In this document: piece by piece, positions 1-13,833 of the stretch
Position numbering within the stretch: the stretch's first letter is position 1
How the letters are laid out: each line of letters opens with the position of its first letter
DNA from: Eledone cirrhosa
Lineage: Eukaryota
Assembly: GCA_964016885.1 (NCBI GenBank)
Contig: OZ024747.1
Location: 20,150,001-20,214,000 of the forward strand
DNA length: 64,000 nucleotides
Reading direction: 5' to 3'
Made by a program: the position numbers and the translations under genes
Notes under the pieces: model-generated
What the model was told of the DNA's origin: nothing
Database searches by the model: none
The model's input: only the letters and a program-made list of their open reading frames with translations

Positions 1-145
1 CCACAGTGCGTGACTGGTACTTTATTTTATCGACTCCGTAAGGATGAAAGGCAATGTTAACCTCGGCGGCATTTCAACTCAGACTATAAAGGGGCGTAAC
101 TCTATGATGCAAAGCATGGCGTCCGACCTTCTTCTGGTACTACCA
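1..145 (-). mobile_element. tRNA-derived SINE (family S1), partial
   Basis: Reverse complement of the consensus seen at 23403-23590 (gagttcaaatcccgccgaggttgactttgcctttcatccttacggggtcgataaaataaagtaccag). Confidence 0.8.
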
Positions 146-225
146 AGTATGGACAAGGTGTCCATTAAATTTATTCAGGTGTGACGTGCGTTTAGTGATT
201 GATCATATATCAATATATATATAGA

Positions 226-586
226 TTTATCTCGGGTTCAAACTGGGGTAACCACAGTAAGTAAGGTACTTAATACAAAGCAGAGTATAAATATAGAAGG
301 GGCTTCTACAGTACTAGAACTGTTTCATTCGGGAGAAATCATCAGGAAGCCGACTGTTCAAGCAATATGTTGGTGTTTATATCTTTTCTGGTGGTAGGAG
401 ATGGTGGTGATATAGTTTTTAAAGAATTCCCCTTTCTTTAAACCCATCAAACAATGATCTCCACCCATCCCAATCACCACCCTCTCCTACCACCGGAAAA
501 GATATAAATACCACCGTATTACTTGGACAGTCAGCTCCCTGATGATTTGTCCCGAATAAAACAGTTCTAGTCCTGTAGAAACCCTT

Positions 587-593
<7 letters not shown>
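226..593. mobile_element. Short PLE-derived fold-back element (HHR family A)
   Basis: Inverted arms at about 293-411 and 473-593. An unpaired tail at 226-292 matches the reverse complement of 58971-59035. Flanked by TA-rich repeats, with an HHR in each arm. Confidence 0.75.
301..351 (-). ncRNA. Type I hammerhead ribozyme (family A)
   Basis: Minus strand reads ggcttc-CTGATGA-tttctcccgaat-GAAA-cagttctagtactg-TA-gaagcc. Stem I ggcttc/gaagcc, stem III Acag/ctgT, GUA cleavage triplet. The mirror copy at 533-583 has GAAA changed to AAAA. Confidence 0.8.
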
Positions 594-650
<57 letters not shown>

Positions 651-675
651 GAAAGGGCTTCTACAGGACTAGAAC

Positions 676-715
<40 letters not shown>

Positions 716-723
716 GCAATCAT

Positions 724-972
724 ATCTATCTATCTAGGGCGGGTAAAATTCCCGAGATCCATGGACGAGTTCTCTCCAGCGGTCTCTGTCCCTTATTATC
801 GCTGCCATCTCCAACAGACCAGTGTTTGTCCTTAGGGCATCAACATACGGTAACCTTGGTCTTCCGCTTCCAGTGTGTCCCACAGGAGCACTGAGTGCAG
901 TGTCAACTCTGGATGTCGGTGAGCATGTCCAGCTAACCTCAGTCTCCTCTGTGTCACTTTTGAGCTGACTTT
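724..972 (-). mobile_element. RTE-type LINE 3' end fragment
   Basis: Encodes GRPRLPYVDALRTNTGLLEMAAIIRDRDRWRELVHGSREFYPP followed by a (taga)n tail. Same family as 14292-14500 and 38150-38650. Confidence 0.8.
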
Positions 973-1026
<54 letters not shown>

Positions 1027-1027
1027 A

Positions 1028-1256
1028 TGATGAGAAGCCAGAGGGCATTACTAATGTAGTCGAGAAGCCGCTGGAATTAGTTGAGGACTTCCTGTATTTG
1101 GGAGCAAATATTGGGAATATGGAAGATGATGTGGTTGAGAGGAAGAGCAAAACCTGGGCGGCGTCCCACAGTTTGAGATCGGTGTAGAAGTCGGACATTC
1201 ATGAAGATCTGTAGATCCGCCTCTTCATTGCTGTAGTGGAGTCTGTGCTGCTGTAC
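1028..1256 (+). mobile_element. RTE-type LINE fragment (RT C-terminal region), same family, opposite orientation
   Basis: Plus frame reads LELVEDFLYLGANIG...IRLFIAVVESVLLY. Aligns directly to 38150-38232. Confidence 0.7.
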
Positions 1257-1697
1257 ATAATCATATATACATACATAACCACATAAACACACGCGCGTGT
1301 GTGTGTGTGTGTGTATGTGTATTCACAATCTGTATCGTAAACTAAATAATTATGAATGATTTCCACGCATGACTGCATCGTTCTGTGCAACATAATGTGC
1401 ATTTAATATGAAATTTAATTACGTCCATGATAAATTCTTTTTTGGTTCCAGTAGCATTGATAAATATATTGAATACTTACTATGATGCTTGTTGCTGTGG
1501 TTGTCATAGACATCAACATCATAATCATCATTTTAATATCAATGTCATCGTCGTCATCATCACACTCATTGATATTTTTTAAATGCACATTTTTGATACA
1601 GTAATCAGCTGTCAAACATCCGTCTTTGTTATTCAATTTCATTTTGTTTACATATTTTATTATTCACACACAGAAATATTCTGTGCTTTTGTGTCAA

Positions 1698-1780
<83 letters not shown>

Positions 1781-1801
1781 GCACACACACACACACACAC
1801 G

Positions 1802-1861
<60 letters not shown>

Positions 1862-1915
1862 AATATACACACACATATACATATATATACGTATATATTA
1901 TGTATATATGTATAA

Positions 1916-2003
<88 letters not shown>

Positions 2004-2559
2004 TATGTTATCTTTGTTGCTCTAGACAAAATAAAGTTGTTATATTTCGTTTTTATTACGCAGCCATTCGAGTTCCTTCCCAGACGTACGATATTCAAAC
2101 CATCAAAGTTTCAGCTAAGTATTTTCCTCAATGGTTAAACTTCCATAAAAACTAGTATGCCAATGGCATATATAAAATTTACATTCGAAAATACAAGCTT
2201 AACCTATATGCATGTACTCATTTTATTTGGGAGATGCAGTAGTTGCTGCGTAAAACCAGATATAAAACATCTGTAAGTTAATGTATATATATATATCTCA
2301 ATGTTCCTACTTTTTCATATTAGAACATCATTTTGTATGTCTGGATCTTATTATATTCATAATTGGCGGGGTCGATAAAATAAAATACCAGTAATGTAAT
2401 GACCAATTGCTGGCCTTGTGCCAAAAGCAGAAACAATTATATTCATAATTGGCAAAGGGTGACACATACGTATGTATACAGGCATCATTTGACCAATAAA
2501 AGACATGTGTTTTAGTCTGTTTTGAAACAACAATATCTTTCAGTACAGCAGGTCTTCCA

Positions 2560-2815
2560 GAAATCGTGGGAGTATTGCCAAGAATTACATTCTTTGTCGT
2601 TTTTGACGAGGCATATGAGCACGTACCTCTCGACCTGTTGTGGAACGTTCCGCAGGAGTATGGGGTCAATGGTCAGCTCTTAGCTGCCCTGATGTATCTA
2701 TGTGCATGCTCGAGTATTTGTAGTCGGATAAATGGGGCTAAATCAAAACCATTCAATGTGGTAGTCGGATTCCGCCAAGGGTACGTACTGTCACCTCTAC
2801 TGTTCATGATTTAAA
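2560..2815 (+). mobile_element. RTE/BovB-like LINE reverse transcriptase fragment (degenerate)
   Basis: FDEAYEHVP..LW....EYGV.G.LL...SKPFNVVVGFRQGYVLSPLLF resembles the RT motifs DxEKAYD and GxRQGCxLSPxLF. Confidence 0.75.
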
Positions 2816-3032
2816 ATCGCATGTGTAGCTGGATTGCAAGTGGCATCATGACTGGTGGGTGTAGAACCAGTTTTTAAACTGATTAGACCATTATTCAACA
2901 GCCTACTCGATATTGGCGATACTAGAGCCTCGGTATATTAAAAAGAATCAGATGTCTGATTTCTTGCAGTTTCAACAACTAATTCCAGAAATGGCAAGAG
3001 CTCAGTCGTCGGGTCCAGACTCTTACAAATGC

Positions 3033-3066
<34 letters not shown>

Positions 3067-3191
3067 GTATATATATATATATATATATATAAGTATTGAA
3101 GTTTCCGTTAAAAATTGAAAAAGTCATAGGAGTGAAGAGTGCTCTATGTAAGTACCAGAGCTAAATTTAATGTATAATAAACAATACAATA

Positions 3192-3263
3192 TAATTACCT
3201 CTTTACCAGAGGTTTCCCGAATAAGACGAATACGAAAAACGTCCTCATTCGTTCATCGGACAA
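3192..3263 (-). ncRNA. Putative hammerhead ribozyme in the PLE terminal repeat (C4 variant)
   Basis: Minus strand reads CCGATGA-acgaatgaggacg...cgtcttattcgg-GAAA-cctctggtaaagagg-TA. Stems II and III pair well, stem I is weak. Mirror copy near 6362-6430 has CCAATGA. Confidence 0.45.
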
Positions 3264-4669
3264 GGCAATTTAAAACATAGTGAAATATTTGAAAAATCTT
3301 CTCAAGAAAGGCAAGAGTTTAACGGGAAAAAAAACAGAAAAAAACAAAACAAAGCAAGAGATATATAAAAAAAATAAGGAAATATAGTTAGGGTATGTGT
3401 ATAAATGTGTATATATCCACTCACAAATGTACATATGTGTGTATGCATGTGAATAGTGAAAATGGGTATGTGCGTAAGTGCGTATATGAGGGCAAGCATA
3501 ATAGTGTATGTGTGACCAATACGTATATAATATAAGTTGAACAATAATGTACATCCAGATTTAGGTATTAAATATATACACATACAAGTATGAAAGCACG
3601 CATATAAACACACACGCGCGATCATTTATATGCGGAACATAAAAAGGGAAGGGAGTGTATTAGTCAAACAGAGTGTGATATTCGATACTAATAAAGATGA
3701 AACAATATATGAGAATAGTAAAAAAAATTGTTTAAATCAAAGAGAAAGTAAGAGGGAGGGGTTATCAATTATAAATTAACACTAGAGAAAAAGAAAACAA
3801 ACATAGGTTCGCACGTACGCACACATACATATACAAATATATATATATGAATACGTACAGGCAAAAGCGCATGCATACGTACATACATACACACGAAGCA
3901 CACATATATATACATATATCGGCACACGTATATCTAAGCACACGTACGTACGCGACTACACATATGCATACACACACATACATACATATACATATATATA
4001 TATATATACGTACTTATACACATACGTTCACTCACATACACACACTCGTATAAAATATACATATAAAAACACACATGCTCACACATATAGACACGCACAT
4101 GCACACCCACGGAGAGGCATACACACTCACACGCATAGATACAAATTATAGACCAGCCATATGAAAAAAAGAAATACACATGTAAAAGCGGCTGCGAAAC
4201 AACAGGATATATCTAGTGTTGAAAACGCAAGTGACCAGTGATATCAGGTAGTGAAAGAAAATGAGGAAGTAAAGTGTGGAATTTGAAGATATTAGGTAAG
4301 TGAATCAAAAAGTAGGAAGGGGTGGGGGGGGGGTGTCACTTGTGGATGTGAAGTATAAATAAAAATAAAAATGAAAATAAAGTTAAAAATGAAAGTAAAT
4401 CAGAAAGAGAAGTCTGTAAAGAGGATAATTGAAGGAAAGTGAAGAACAACAGTTTATGGAGGATAAGTATCTGAAAGTGAGTTAAGTTTATATGAGCTGG
4501 AAAGCAAGTGTGATTTCATGTGTGGGCAACTGGTGAACATTTATTTTTTTGTATTTAGGCAGGTTTTTGGTGATTTAAGTTTCTGTAAAATCCAATATTT
4601 TTCACTTATGCAGAGTGTGCATCTTCTATTAAATCTTATATCATCAATAAGAAATCACCCAGAGAACAT

Positions 4670-5152
4670 CAAAATTGCTCCTGTAGAGTCAAAAGTGAAT
4701 GCCCATTACAAGGTAAATGCAACACCAAAGCCATTGTATATGCGGCTAAAGTGACAACCATCAGCATCAACCTACCAGCCACCAGCGAACGATATGTGGG
4801 TATGACACAAGACAAATTCAAAACGCGTTATTACTCACATGTCGCATCTCTCCGACTTTCAGAAAAAAGATTTACAACAGCTCTGGCTAGCAGAATATGG
4901 GATTTGAAATACCAAGGTATCCAATATAAATCGGATTGGTCAATTTTGAACCAATCTTAAGAATATTCAAGAGGAACAAGAAGATGCACACTCTGCATAA
5001 GTGACAAATATTGGATTTTACAGAAACTTAAATCACCAAAAACCTGCCTAAATACAAAAAAATAAATTTTCACCAGTTGCCCACACATGAAATCACACTT
5101 GCTTTCCAGCTCATATAAACTTAACTCACTTTCAGATACTTATCCTCCATAA
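4670..5152 (+). pseudogene. PLE zinc-knuckle linker plus GIY-YIG endonuclease remnant
   Basis: NCSCRVKSECPLQGKC..AIVYAAKV...RYVGMTQDKFKTRYYSH...WSIL..*..RRCTLCISDKYWIL...CPH with internal stops. Same motif layout as 40660-41091. Confidence 0.85.
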
Positions 5153-6657
5153 ACTTCACTTTCCTTAAATTATCCTCTTTACAGACTTCTCGTTGTGATT
5201 TACTTTCATTTATAACTTTATTTTCATTTTTATTTTTATTTTCACTTCACATCCACAAGTGACACCCCCCCCTCCCTTCCTACTTTTTGATTCACTTACC
5301 TAATATCTTCAAATTTCACACTTTACTTCCCCATTTTCTTTCACTACCTGATATCACTTGCGTTTTCAACTCCAGATATATCCTATTGTTTCGCAGCCGC
5401 TTTTATATTTGTATTTCTTTTTTTCATATGGCTGGTCTATAATTTGTATCTATGCGTGTGAGTGTGTATGCGCCTCCGTGTGTGTGTGCATGTGTGTGTC
5501 TATATGTGTGAGCATGTGTGTTTTTATATCTATATTTTATACGAGTGTGTGTATGTGGGTGAACGTATGTGTATAAGTACGTGTATATATATATATATAT
5601 GTATATGTATGTATGTGTGTGTATGCATATGTGTAGTCGCGTACGTACGTGTGCTTAGATATACGTGTGCCGATATATGTATATATATGTGTGCTTCGTG
5701 TGTATGTATGTACGTATGCATGCGCTTTTGCCTGTACGTATTCATATATATATATATATTTATATGTATGTGTGCGTACGTGCGAACCTATGTTTGTTTT
5801 CTTTTTCTCTAGTGTTAATTTATAATTGATAACCCCTCCCTCTTACTTTCTCTTTGATTTAAACAAATTTGTTTTCTTTGTCATATATAGTTTCATCTTT
5901 ATTAGTATCGAATACGACACTCTTTTTGACTAATACACTCCCTTCCCTTTTTACATTCCGCATATAAATGATCGCGAGTGTGTGTATATACGCGTGCTTT
6001 CATACTTGTATTTGTATATATTTAATACCTAAATCTGGATGTACATTATTTTTCAACTTATATTATATACGTATTGTTCACACATACACTATTATGCTTG
6101 CCCTATTATACGCACTATTATGCTTGCACTATTATACGCACTTACGCACACACACATTTTCACTATACACATGCATTTGTACATACATACATATGTACAT
6201 TTGTGAGTGAATATATACACATTTATACACATACCCTAACTATATTTCCTTTTTTTTTATATATCTCCTGCATTTTTTTTTTTTTTTTTTCTGCCCGTTA
6301 AACTCTTTCTTGCCTTTCTTGAGGAGATTTTTCAAATAATTCACTATGTTTTAAATTGCTTTGTCCAATGAACGAATGAGAACATTTATCGTATTCGTCT
6401 TATTCGGGAAACCTCTGGTAATGAGGTAATTATATTGTATTGTTTATTATACATTATATATATATATATATATTGGTAAACGGAATAGAAAATGCTGACA
6501 AATTGTTCACAGTGAAAAATAGTTTCATTAGGAATAAGTGATAATTAGTAATAGTATTGGTTAGTATTAAGTTTTGGTTTTAAGTTTTACCGGTTGCGCA
6601 TTTCTAATGCTTTTCAAAAATAAGTCAGAGATAGAGCGTTCGTGATGTTTGCTCTGA

Positions 6658-6742
<85 letters not shown>

Positions 6743-6924
6743 GTAATAATAATAAACGAAAGGTATATACAGTATATAAAGTATATAGTTTATATCATCT
6801 CTATTTATTTTATTATATATATTTCGACGATGTAAAGTTTTATGTATAACATAAAGCAAAATATGCCTTCCTTATATATATATATATATATATACATAAA
6901 ATATATACATATATATATATATAA

Positions 6925-7424
6925 ATCTACCAAAATATACGGTAGTGTCCAATCGGTATAAAGAACTCAATGTAATCCAAATATCATGAAAAGAGAAGAT
7001 GTATTCAAAAATGTTTCGATGAAAATCACAGGAAAACAGAGTCAAGATAAATTAATAAAAACAACGAATAAAAACAATGAACAAGTTCCTTATATAAAAA
7101 AATTCATCATTTTAAGATCGTTTCTAGGATATATATGTGTGTTAGTATGTATATCATATAGATCTATGTAAAAATTTTACAAACTATCAGGGGAAATATA
7201 CATACCTTCACATATATATGCTGCCTTCAGAAATAAGATTATTTCTAAAGACAGCATATATATGTGAAGGTATGTATATTTCCTCTGATAGTTTGTAAAA
7301 TGTTTACATAGATCTATATGATATACATACTAACACACATATATATCCTAGAAACGATCTTAAAATGATGAATTTTTTAATATAAGGAAGTTGTTCTTTG
7401 TTTTTATTCATTGTTTTTATTAAT
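6925..7424. mobile_element. Fold-back element with near-perfect hairpin and one-sided tail
   Basis: Arms 7051-7236 and 7239-7424 with a 2-nt centre, unpaired 6925-7050, TA tracts on both sides. Confidence 0.65.
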
Positions 7425-7441
7425 ATATATATATATATATG

Positions 7442-7532
<91 letters not shown>

Positions 7533-8259
7533 GGGTGGGGTGCATGTGTTGGCGTGTGTGTGTGTTTGAGTGATTGTGTGTTTGTGTGAGCGTGTGCATG
7601 TGTAAAAAGTCTGGTAAATGTAAATAAAACAATTACGTATGAAATTATTTCTGTAAAAATATTAATTATAAAAGTGTTTGCTTATTTCCGTCACTTACCG
7701 TTGTGTATCTTTCATCACACAACCATGCACAAACACACATACACACTCATATACCAAAAATACACATACACACTCATATACCGCAAATACGCATACACAC
7801 TTATATATCACAGAAAGACATGCATAGTCAAATATCACAAAAAAAACGTATACACAATCATATATCACAGAAACACAATTGCTTTGTCATGTTACTTCTC
7901 TCTCTTTATATTCTATTCTACCACGTTGCCTTAGTATGTGTCTCTTATTGATGTACATACAGATATATAGAAATACAATGTTGTACATACACTAACAGCA
8001 AATTCCTACCCACATACAGAAAGCAATAAACATCACACACAAACGTACTCATTCAATCTACTTTTCTGCCTTATCCAAACACATTACACTCCCCCACTCG
8101 TACTTTCTCCTCTCTGCAACTTTGAATATTTGAAATATGAAATATGGAAATTATTAATACATAAATAGATGGAACATATATACATATAGATATGCATAAG
8201 TACGTACGTACATGCATATGTGTGTGTATGTATTTATAGATACACATGCACATACACGC

Positions 8260-8268
8260 TTATGTATG

Positions 8269-8342
<74 letters not shown>

Positions 8343-8367
8343 GATGTACATGTACGCACAAATACAC

Positions 8368-8446
<79 letters not shown>

Positions 8447-8530
8447 TATAAATGCGCATATATATAAATATATATATACGTATGTATGTATATATATATA
8501 TACATGTATGTATGTATATATATATACTTG

Positions 8531-8590
<60 letters not shown>

Positions 8591-8657
8591 AATGCATATA
8601 CATATATATATATATATAAACACACACATATATATATATATATAAATGCATATGTAT

Positions 8658-8718
<61 letters not shown>

Positions 8719-8756
8719 AATGCATATATATACACATGTATATATATAATATATAT

Positions 8757-8790
<34 letters not shown>
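8260..8790. repeat. Compound (TA)n microsatellite
   Basis: Long interrupted TA tracts. Similar tracts occur throughout, for example 1702-2000, 38941-39112, 44042-44400 and 59040-59440. Confidence 0.95.
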
Positions 8791-9259
8791 AACATATTTT
8801 CAAACACACACGTGATGAAACAACATATCGCCGCGCTCATTGATTTGGAAGAAGAAAGAAGTAAATTGAACACGAGAAGAATATGAAATAGATGTAGGAT
8901 GAAGGACGATGGCGGCGAAAATGAGGAGTAGGAGACGAACGCTATCGGAAATAATTTAATGAAGATTTAATAGCTTTGCTGCCATAATTTTCTCACTGTT
9001 CCTACAGCTATAAAATGAACACCAGAACACCAACAACAACAACACCAACAATAATATCAACAAAATCACCATCGCCACTATTAAAGATATAAGCTATAAA
9101 ATCAACACCATCAATATCAACAAAATATCCTCCACAAATATTAAAGACAGCAGCAAAAACAACAAACACAAGGAAACCATTGGTAATATTGCTATAGCGA
9201 TTTATAGCGAGCGATATTCTTCTAGGTACTGCATCTATTTTTATAGTTATGGTGTTATA

Positions 9260-9462
9260 TTTATTGTTGTTGTTGTTTGATTAAAAATTTGGTATTGTTG
9301 GTGGTGCTGGTGTTGTTGTTGTTGTTGTTGGTGGTGCTGTTGCTGCTGTTGTTGTTATTGTTGGTGGTTATATTGTTGTTAGTGTCGTCGCAGGTGGTGT
9401 GCTACTTACATTCAGTACAACGTTCGATGTTACTTTTGTTAACATTGAGTTATATTTTAGTT

Positions 9463-9495
<33 letters not shown>

Positions 9496-9698
9496 GACTA
9501 CTACTACTACTACGACTACTACTACTACTACTACTACTATTACTACTACTACTGCTACTACTACTGCAGCTACTGCTGCTGCTGCTGCTGCTACTACTAC
9601 TACGACTACTACTACTACTACGACTACTACTACTACTACTACTACTATTACTACTACTACTGCTACTACTACTGCAGCTACTGCTGCTGCTGCTGCTG

Positions 9699-9748
<50 letters not shown>

Positions 9749-9840
9749 GGTGCTGGTGCTGCTGCTGCTTTGCTGTTGCTCTTACTACTACTATTGATAA
9801 TGATAATAATAAGAACAAAATATTATAATTTCCCCATCAC

Positions 9841-9891
<51 letters not shown>

Positions 9892-10468
9892 CATCATCAT
9901 CACCATCATCTTCATCATCATCATCATCATCTTCATCATCATGATTATCATCATCTTCATCACTGGCATCAGTAGCATTGCTAATTTAATTATTATTATT
10001 TATAAGAACATAAGAATTCATGAATTGCATTTGCCGTTATATTACCTCAGCATTGTCCTGTATATGACTCTTCATCTTATTAACATCATCATCATCACCA
10101 TCGTCATCACATCGTCATCATCACCATCATCATCATCACCATCGTCATCATCACCATCACCATCACCGTCATCATCATCACCATCGCCACCATCATCGTC
10201 ATCATCCCCATCATCATCACCATCATCATCGACATCATCATCGACATCATCATCATGTTCATCATCATCTCATGCGCATCATCAGCTCCGCAATCGCCAC
10301 CAGCGCCACCACCGCCGCCACCATCATCATCATCATCATCGTCATCATCATCATCATCACCATCATCATCGTCATCATCACCACATTCTCATCATCAGCT
10401 CTTCCACCAACACCACCACCACCACCACCACCACCACCACCACCACCACTACCACCACTACCATCACG

Positions 10469-10501
<33 letters not shown>

Positions 10502-10543
10502 TCCGCCATCACCTTACACCAGCACCACCAGCACTACCACTAA

Positions 10544-10581
<38 letters not shown>

Positions 10582-10960
10582 CCATCATCACCACATGCTC
10601 ATCATCCGCTACCGCCACCATCACTACCACACCAATACAACCACCCAACACCACCACTACTACACCACTGCAAAAACCACCACCACCACCACCATCACCA
10701 CCACACCACTACAACTACCACCACTACCACCACCACCACCACCACCACCATCAATAGCACACCACTACAACCACCACCACTACGACGCCACTACAACCAC
10801 CACCAACATCACTATTACACCACCACCACCACCACCACCACCAATAGCACACCACTACAACCACCACCACTACGACACCACTACAACCACCACCAACATC
10901 ACTACCACACCACCACCACCACCACCACCACCACCATCACTATCATCATCATGCTCATCA
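9260..10960. repeat. Trinucleotide repeat block (GTT, CTA/CTG, CAT, CAC)
   Basis: Direct reading. Includes higher-order duplications of mixed CTA/CTG blocks and of the aatagcacaccactacaacc unit. Confidence 0.95.
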
Positions 10961-11799
10961 CTCAGCAGGCATTGTTTCCTGAAACAATTATTTGCTAATT
11001 ACATGTTTCCACAAGAAAAATAATCCAGATTCTTTCTTTCATATCAAAAAGAAGAAAGAAACGAAAAACGAAAAAAAGATTTCGATTTTCCTTCATCTTT
11101 TTTTGTATTTGCGACATTTTTTTTTTTTTCGTGACTTTTTTGTTTTCGTGTTTCTTCGTTGTAAATTGTTAATTTGTTTTCATGCATTTTTCTGTTGTTA
11201 TTTCGTTTTTCGTTTTTATTGATTTAATTATGGATTTTTTTCTAAAATTATATTATTTCCATGTAAGAAAACGCAATTAAAAATTGTACAAGAAAATGGC
11301 GCTTTATATATATATATATATTTATATAGGTATATATATTTATATATATATATATTTATATTGGTATATATATTTATATATATATTTATATTTATATATA
11401 TATTTTCATGCATTTATATTTATATATATATATATATTTTCATGCATTTTTCTGTTGTACAAGAAAATGGCGCTTTATATATATATATATTTATATAGGT
11501 ATATATATTTATATATATATATATTTATATTGGTATATATATTTATATATATATTTATATTTATATATATATATATTTATATATATATATTTATATTTAT
11601 ATATTTATTTATATATTTATTTCTATATATATATTTATATATATATTTATATTTATATATATATTTATATATATATATTTATATTTATATATTTATTTAT
11701 ATATGTATTTATATATATATTTATATTTATATTTATATTTATGTTTATTTTATTGTCATAGTAGTTGCTTTAGGCTTCCTCATATTTTTTCTTGTCGCT

Positions 11800-12235
11800 G
11801 TTGTTGCTGCTGCTGCTGATGATGATGGTGATGGTCATGATGATGATTATGTCTATGATGATGATGATGTTGATGATGGTGATGGTGATAATGATGGTGA
11901 TAATGATGATTATGTCTATGAAAATACTGATGAAGTTGATGGTGATGGTGATGATGATGATGATGATGATGGTGATGGTGATGGTGATACTGATGAATAT
12001 GTCTATGATAATACTGATGATGATGATGGTGATGGTGATAATGATGATTAGGTCTATGACAGTGATGATGATGATGGTGATAGTAATAATGATTATTATG
12101 TTTATGATAATGCTGATGATAATGATGATTATGTCTACGATGTTGCTGCTGTTGATGATGGTGATGGTAAAAATATTATTATGACAATGATGTTGCTGAT
12201 AATGATAAAGATAATTATGGTGGATATCATGATAA
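11800..12235. repeat. (GAT)n-rich degenerate repeat
   Basis: GAT/GGT runs with a recurring tatgtctatga unit. Confidence 0.9.
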
Positions 12236-12604
12236 TAATTGTTTCTACTTTCGGCACAAGGCCAGCGATTAACCAGTACATTACTGGTACTTTATTTTAT
12301 CATGATAATAATGATAACGATAATGATAATAAAGATGATAATTGCATTAGCTAGGAATGGTTGTCTAGATCCCGACACATATATATATGTATGTGTGTTG
12401 TGTATTGTAAAAAAGCTATCATAACCTCACTTTCATTGTTTATTTGCTGCCATATTTGCATCTTTTTCAATGATATACTGTCAAACATCTGTTCATCTTA
12501 CAATGAGGTTTATATATAGGCATGTACGCATGCATATATAGGTGAACATTATATGCATATATGCATATAATATTCACCTATACATGCATGCGTACATGCA
12601 TGCC

Positions 12605-12640
<36 letters not shown>

Positions 12641-12678
12641 TATATATACGTATTTATATATATATATATATATTTATA

Positions 12679-12865
12679 TAGGAAAATGTTCAAGACCCCG
12701 ACTGCAGAGCTCAAGGCGTTTCTGGTCTCCAGAAACAGCCGTCGAAACGGCTTGAGCTCTGCCGTCGGGGTCTTGAACATTTTCCTATTACCCACTCTAC
12801 TACCCAAAGTACCGAGTACTCTGATGCGTTATGGTTCACCTGGTTCCTTAGCACACTTCCTTCGT
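12679..12865. mobile_element. Short fold-back element, HHR family B (heavily truncated)
   Basis: Arms 12679-12722 and 12744-12787 hold the HHR 3' half GAAAcggcttgagctctgccgTCggggt. Tail 12788-12865 matches 37876-37953. Confidence 0.8.
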
Positions 12866-13008
12866 TATATATACATCTAAGGATCGATCGAATTTCGTCA
12901 AATCGGACCGAGGAAACAATGTTTCCGTTGGTCTTTCCAGTTGCTAGTACTATCTATCGGTCGCAACTCCATGTAGAAGGAGCAACGTGAAATAAAGTGT
13001 TTTGCTCA

Positions 13009-13070
<62 letters not shown>

Positions 13071-13230
13071 CATATATAAAGTATTTCCGAAGAAAAAGCA
13101 AAGGAAAAACGGGTGCTCTGTGTATAAAGCAGAGCTTTTAATTAGAAAGTGCTGAGCGAGCTAAACGCATGTTAATATTGTCCTGAAACTTTTGGTAATG
13201 GAGTAGTTATATATGTGTTTTTCACTTTCT

Positions 13231-13278
<48 letters not shown>

Positions 13279-13282
<4 letters not shown>

Positions 13283-13833
13283 AGTAAGTAAGACCCCGAC
13301 GGCTGAGCTCATGCCGTTTCGACGGCTAATTCAGTACAGAATGGTAAGATGACAGACGCCTACTAACACCCCAAAAAAATTTAGAAGTGGTTTTGGCAGG
13401 TTTGCTCGACAAATCAGTGATTTGGAGATAAATATAGATAATTTAATATATCTAGGGGGTGTTAGTAGGCGTCTGTCATCTTACCATCCCATTCCTACTG
13501 ACTAGCCTCTGTATCACGTGATTGATTCTTTAGAATCGGCCATCTGACCAGAGGCAGCGAGGATTACAGTGCATGGAATTAAGTCCCCGCTAGCTGTTCC
13601 ATCTACTGAATTATTATTATTTTTATATGAGTCCCCGGTGTCCGCGCATTGCCTGGAGACTTAGCTGAGAATAGACTCCCTGATGACGCAATGAATTCTC
13701 GACAGTTAGATTACGTAACTGTCTTTATCCCATTGCAGAAACTAATTAGTTGGAGTGAAAATTTAAGTAAGTAAGTTAAAATTAAAAAAAAAAATTTTTT
13801 TTTTTTTTCAAGAATTTTCTTATTTTACGTCTG

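Larger units (their letters stand above)
3091..6456 (+). mobile_element. Naiad-type PLE 3' fragment with a long inverted 5' copy
   Basis: Inverted arms 3168-4627 and 4979-6456. The spacer and right arm carry the GIY-YIG remnant. Extra tail 3091-3167 lies only on the left arm. (TA)n on both sides. Confidence 0.85.

Noticed and set aside
1583-2138. YIYI/THTH-type ORFs here and throughout the window
   Set aside because: Translations of (TA)n, (CA)n and (TG)n, which lack stops in some frames. No protein signal.
9277-12184. Long poly-Y/L/I/H/T/P/D/M ORFs
   Set aside because: Trinucleotide microsatellites open in several frames at once, with no supportable splice or domain evidence.
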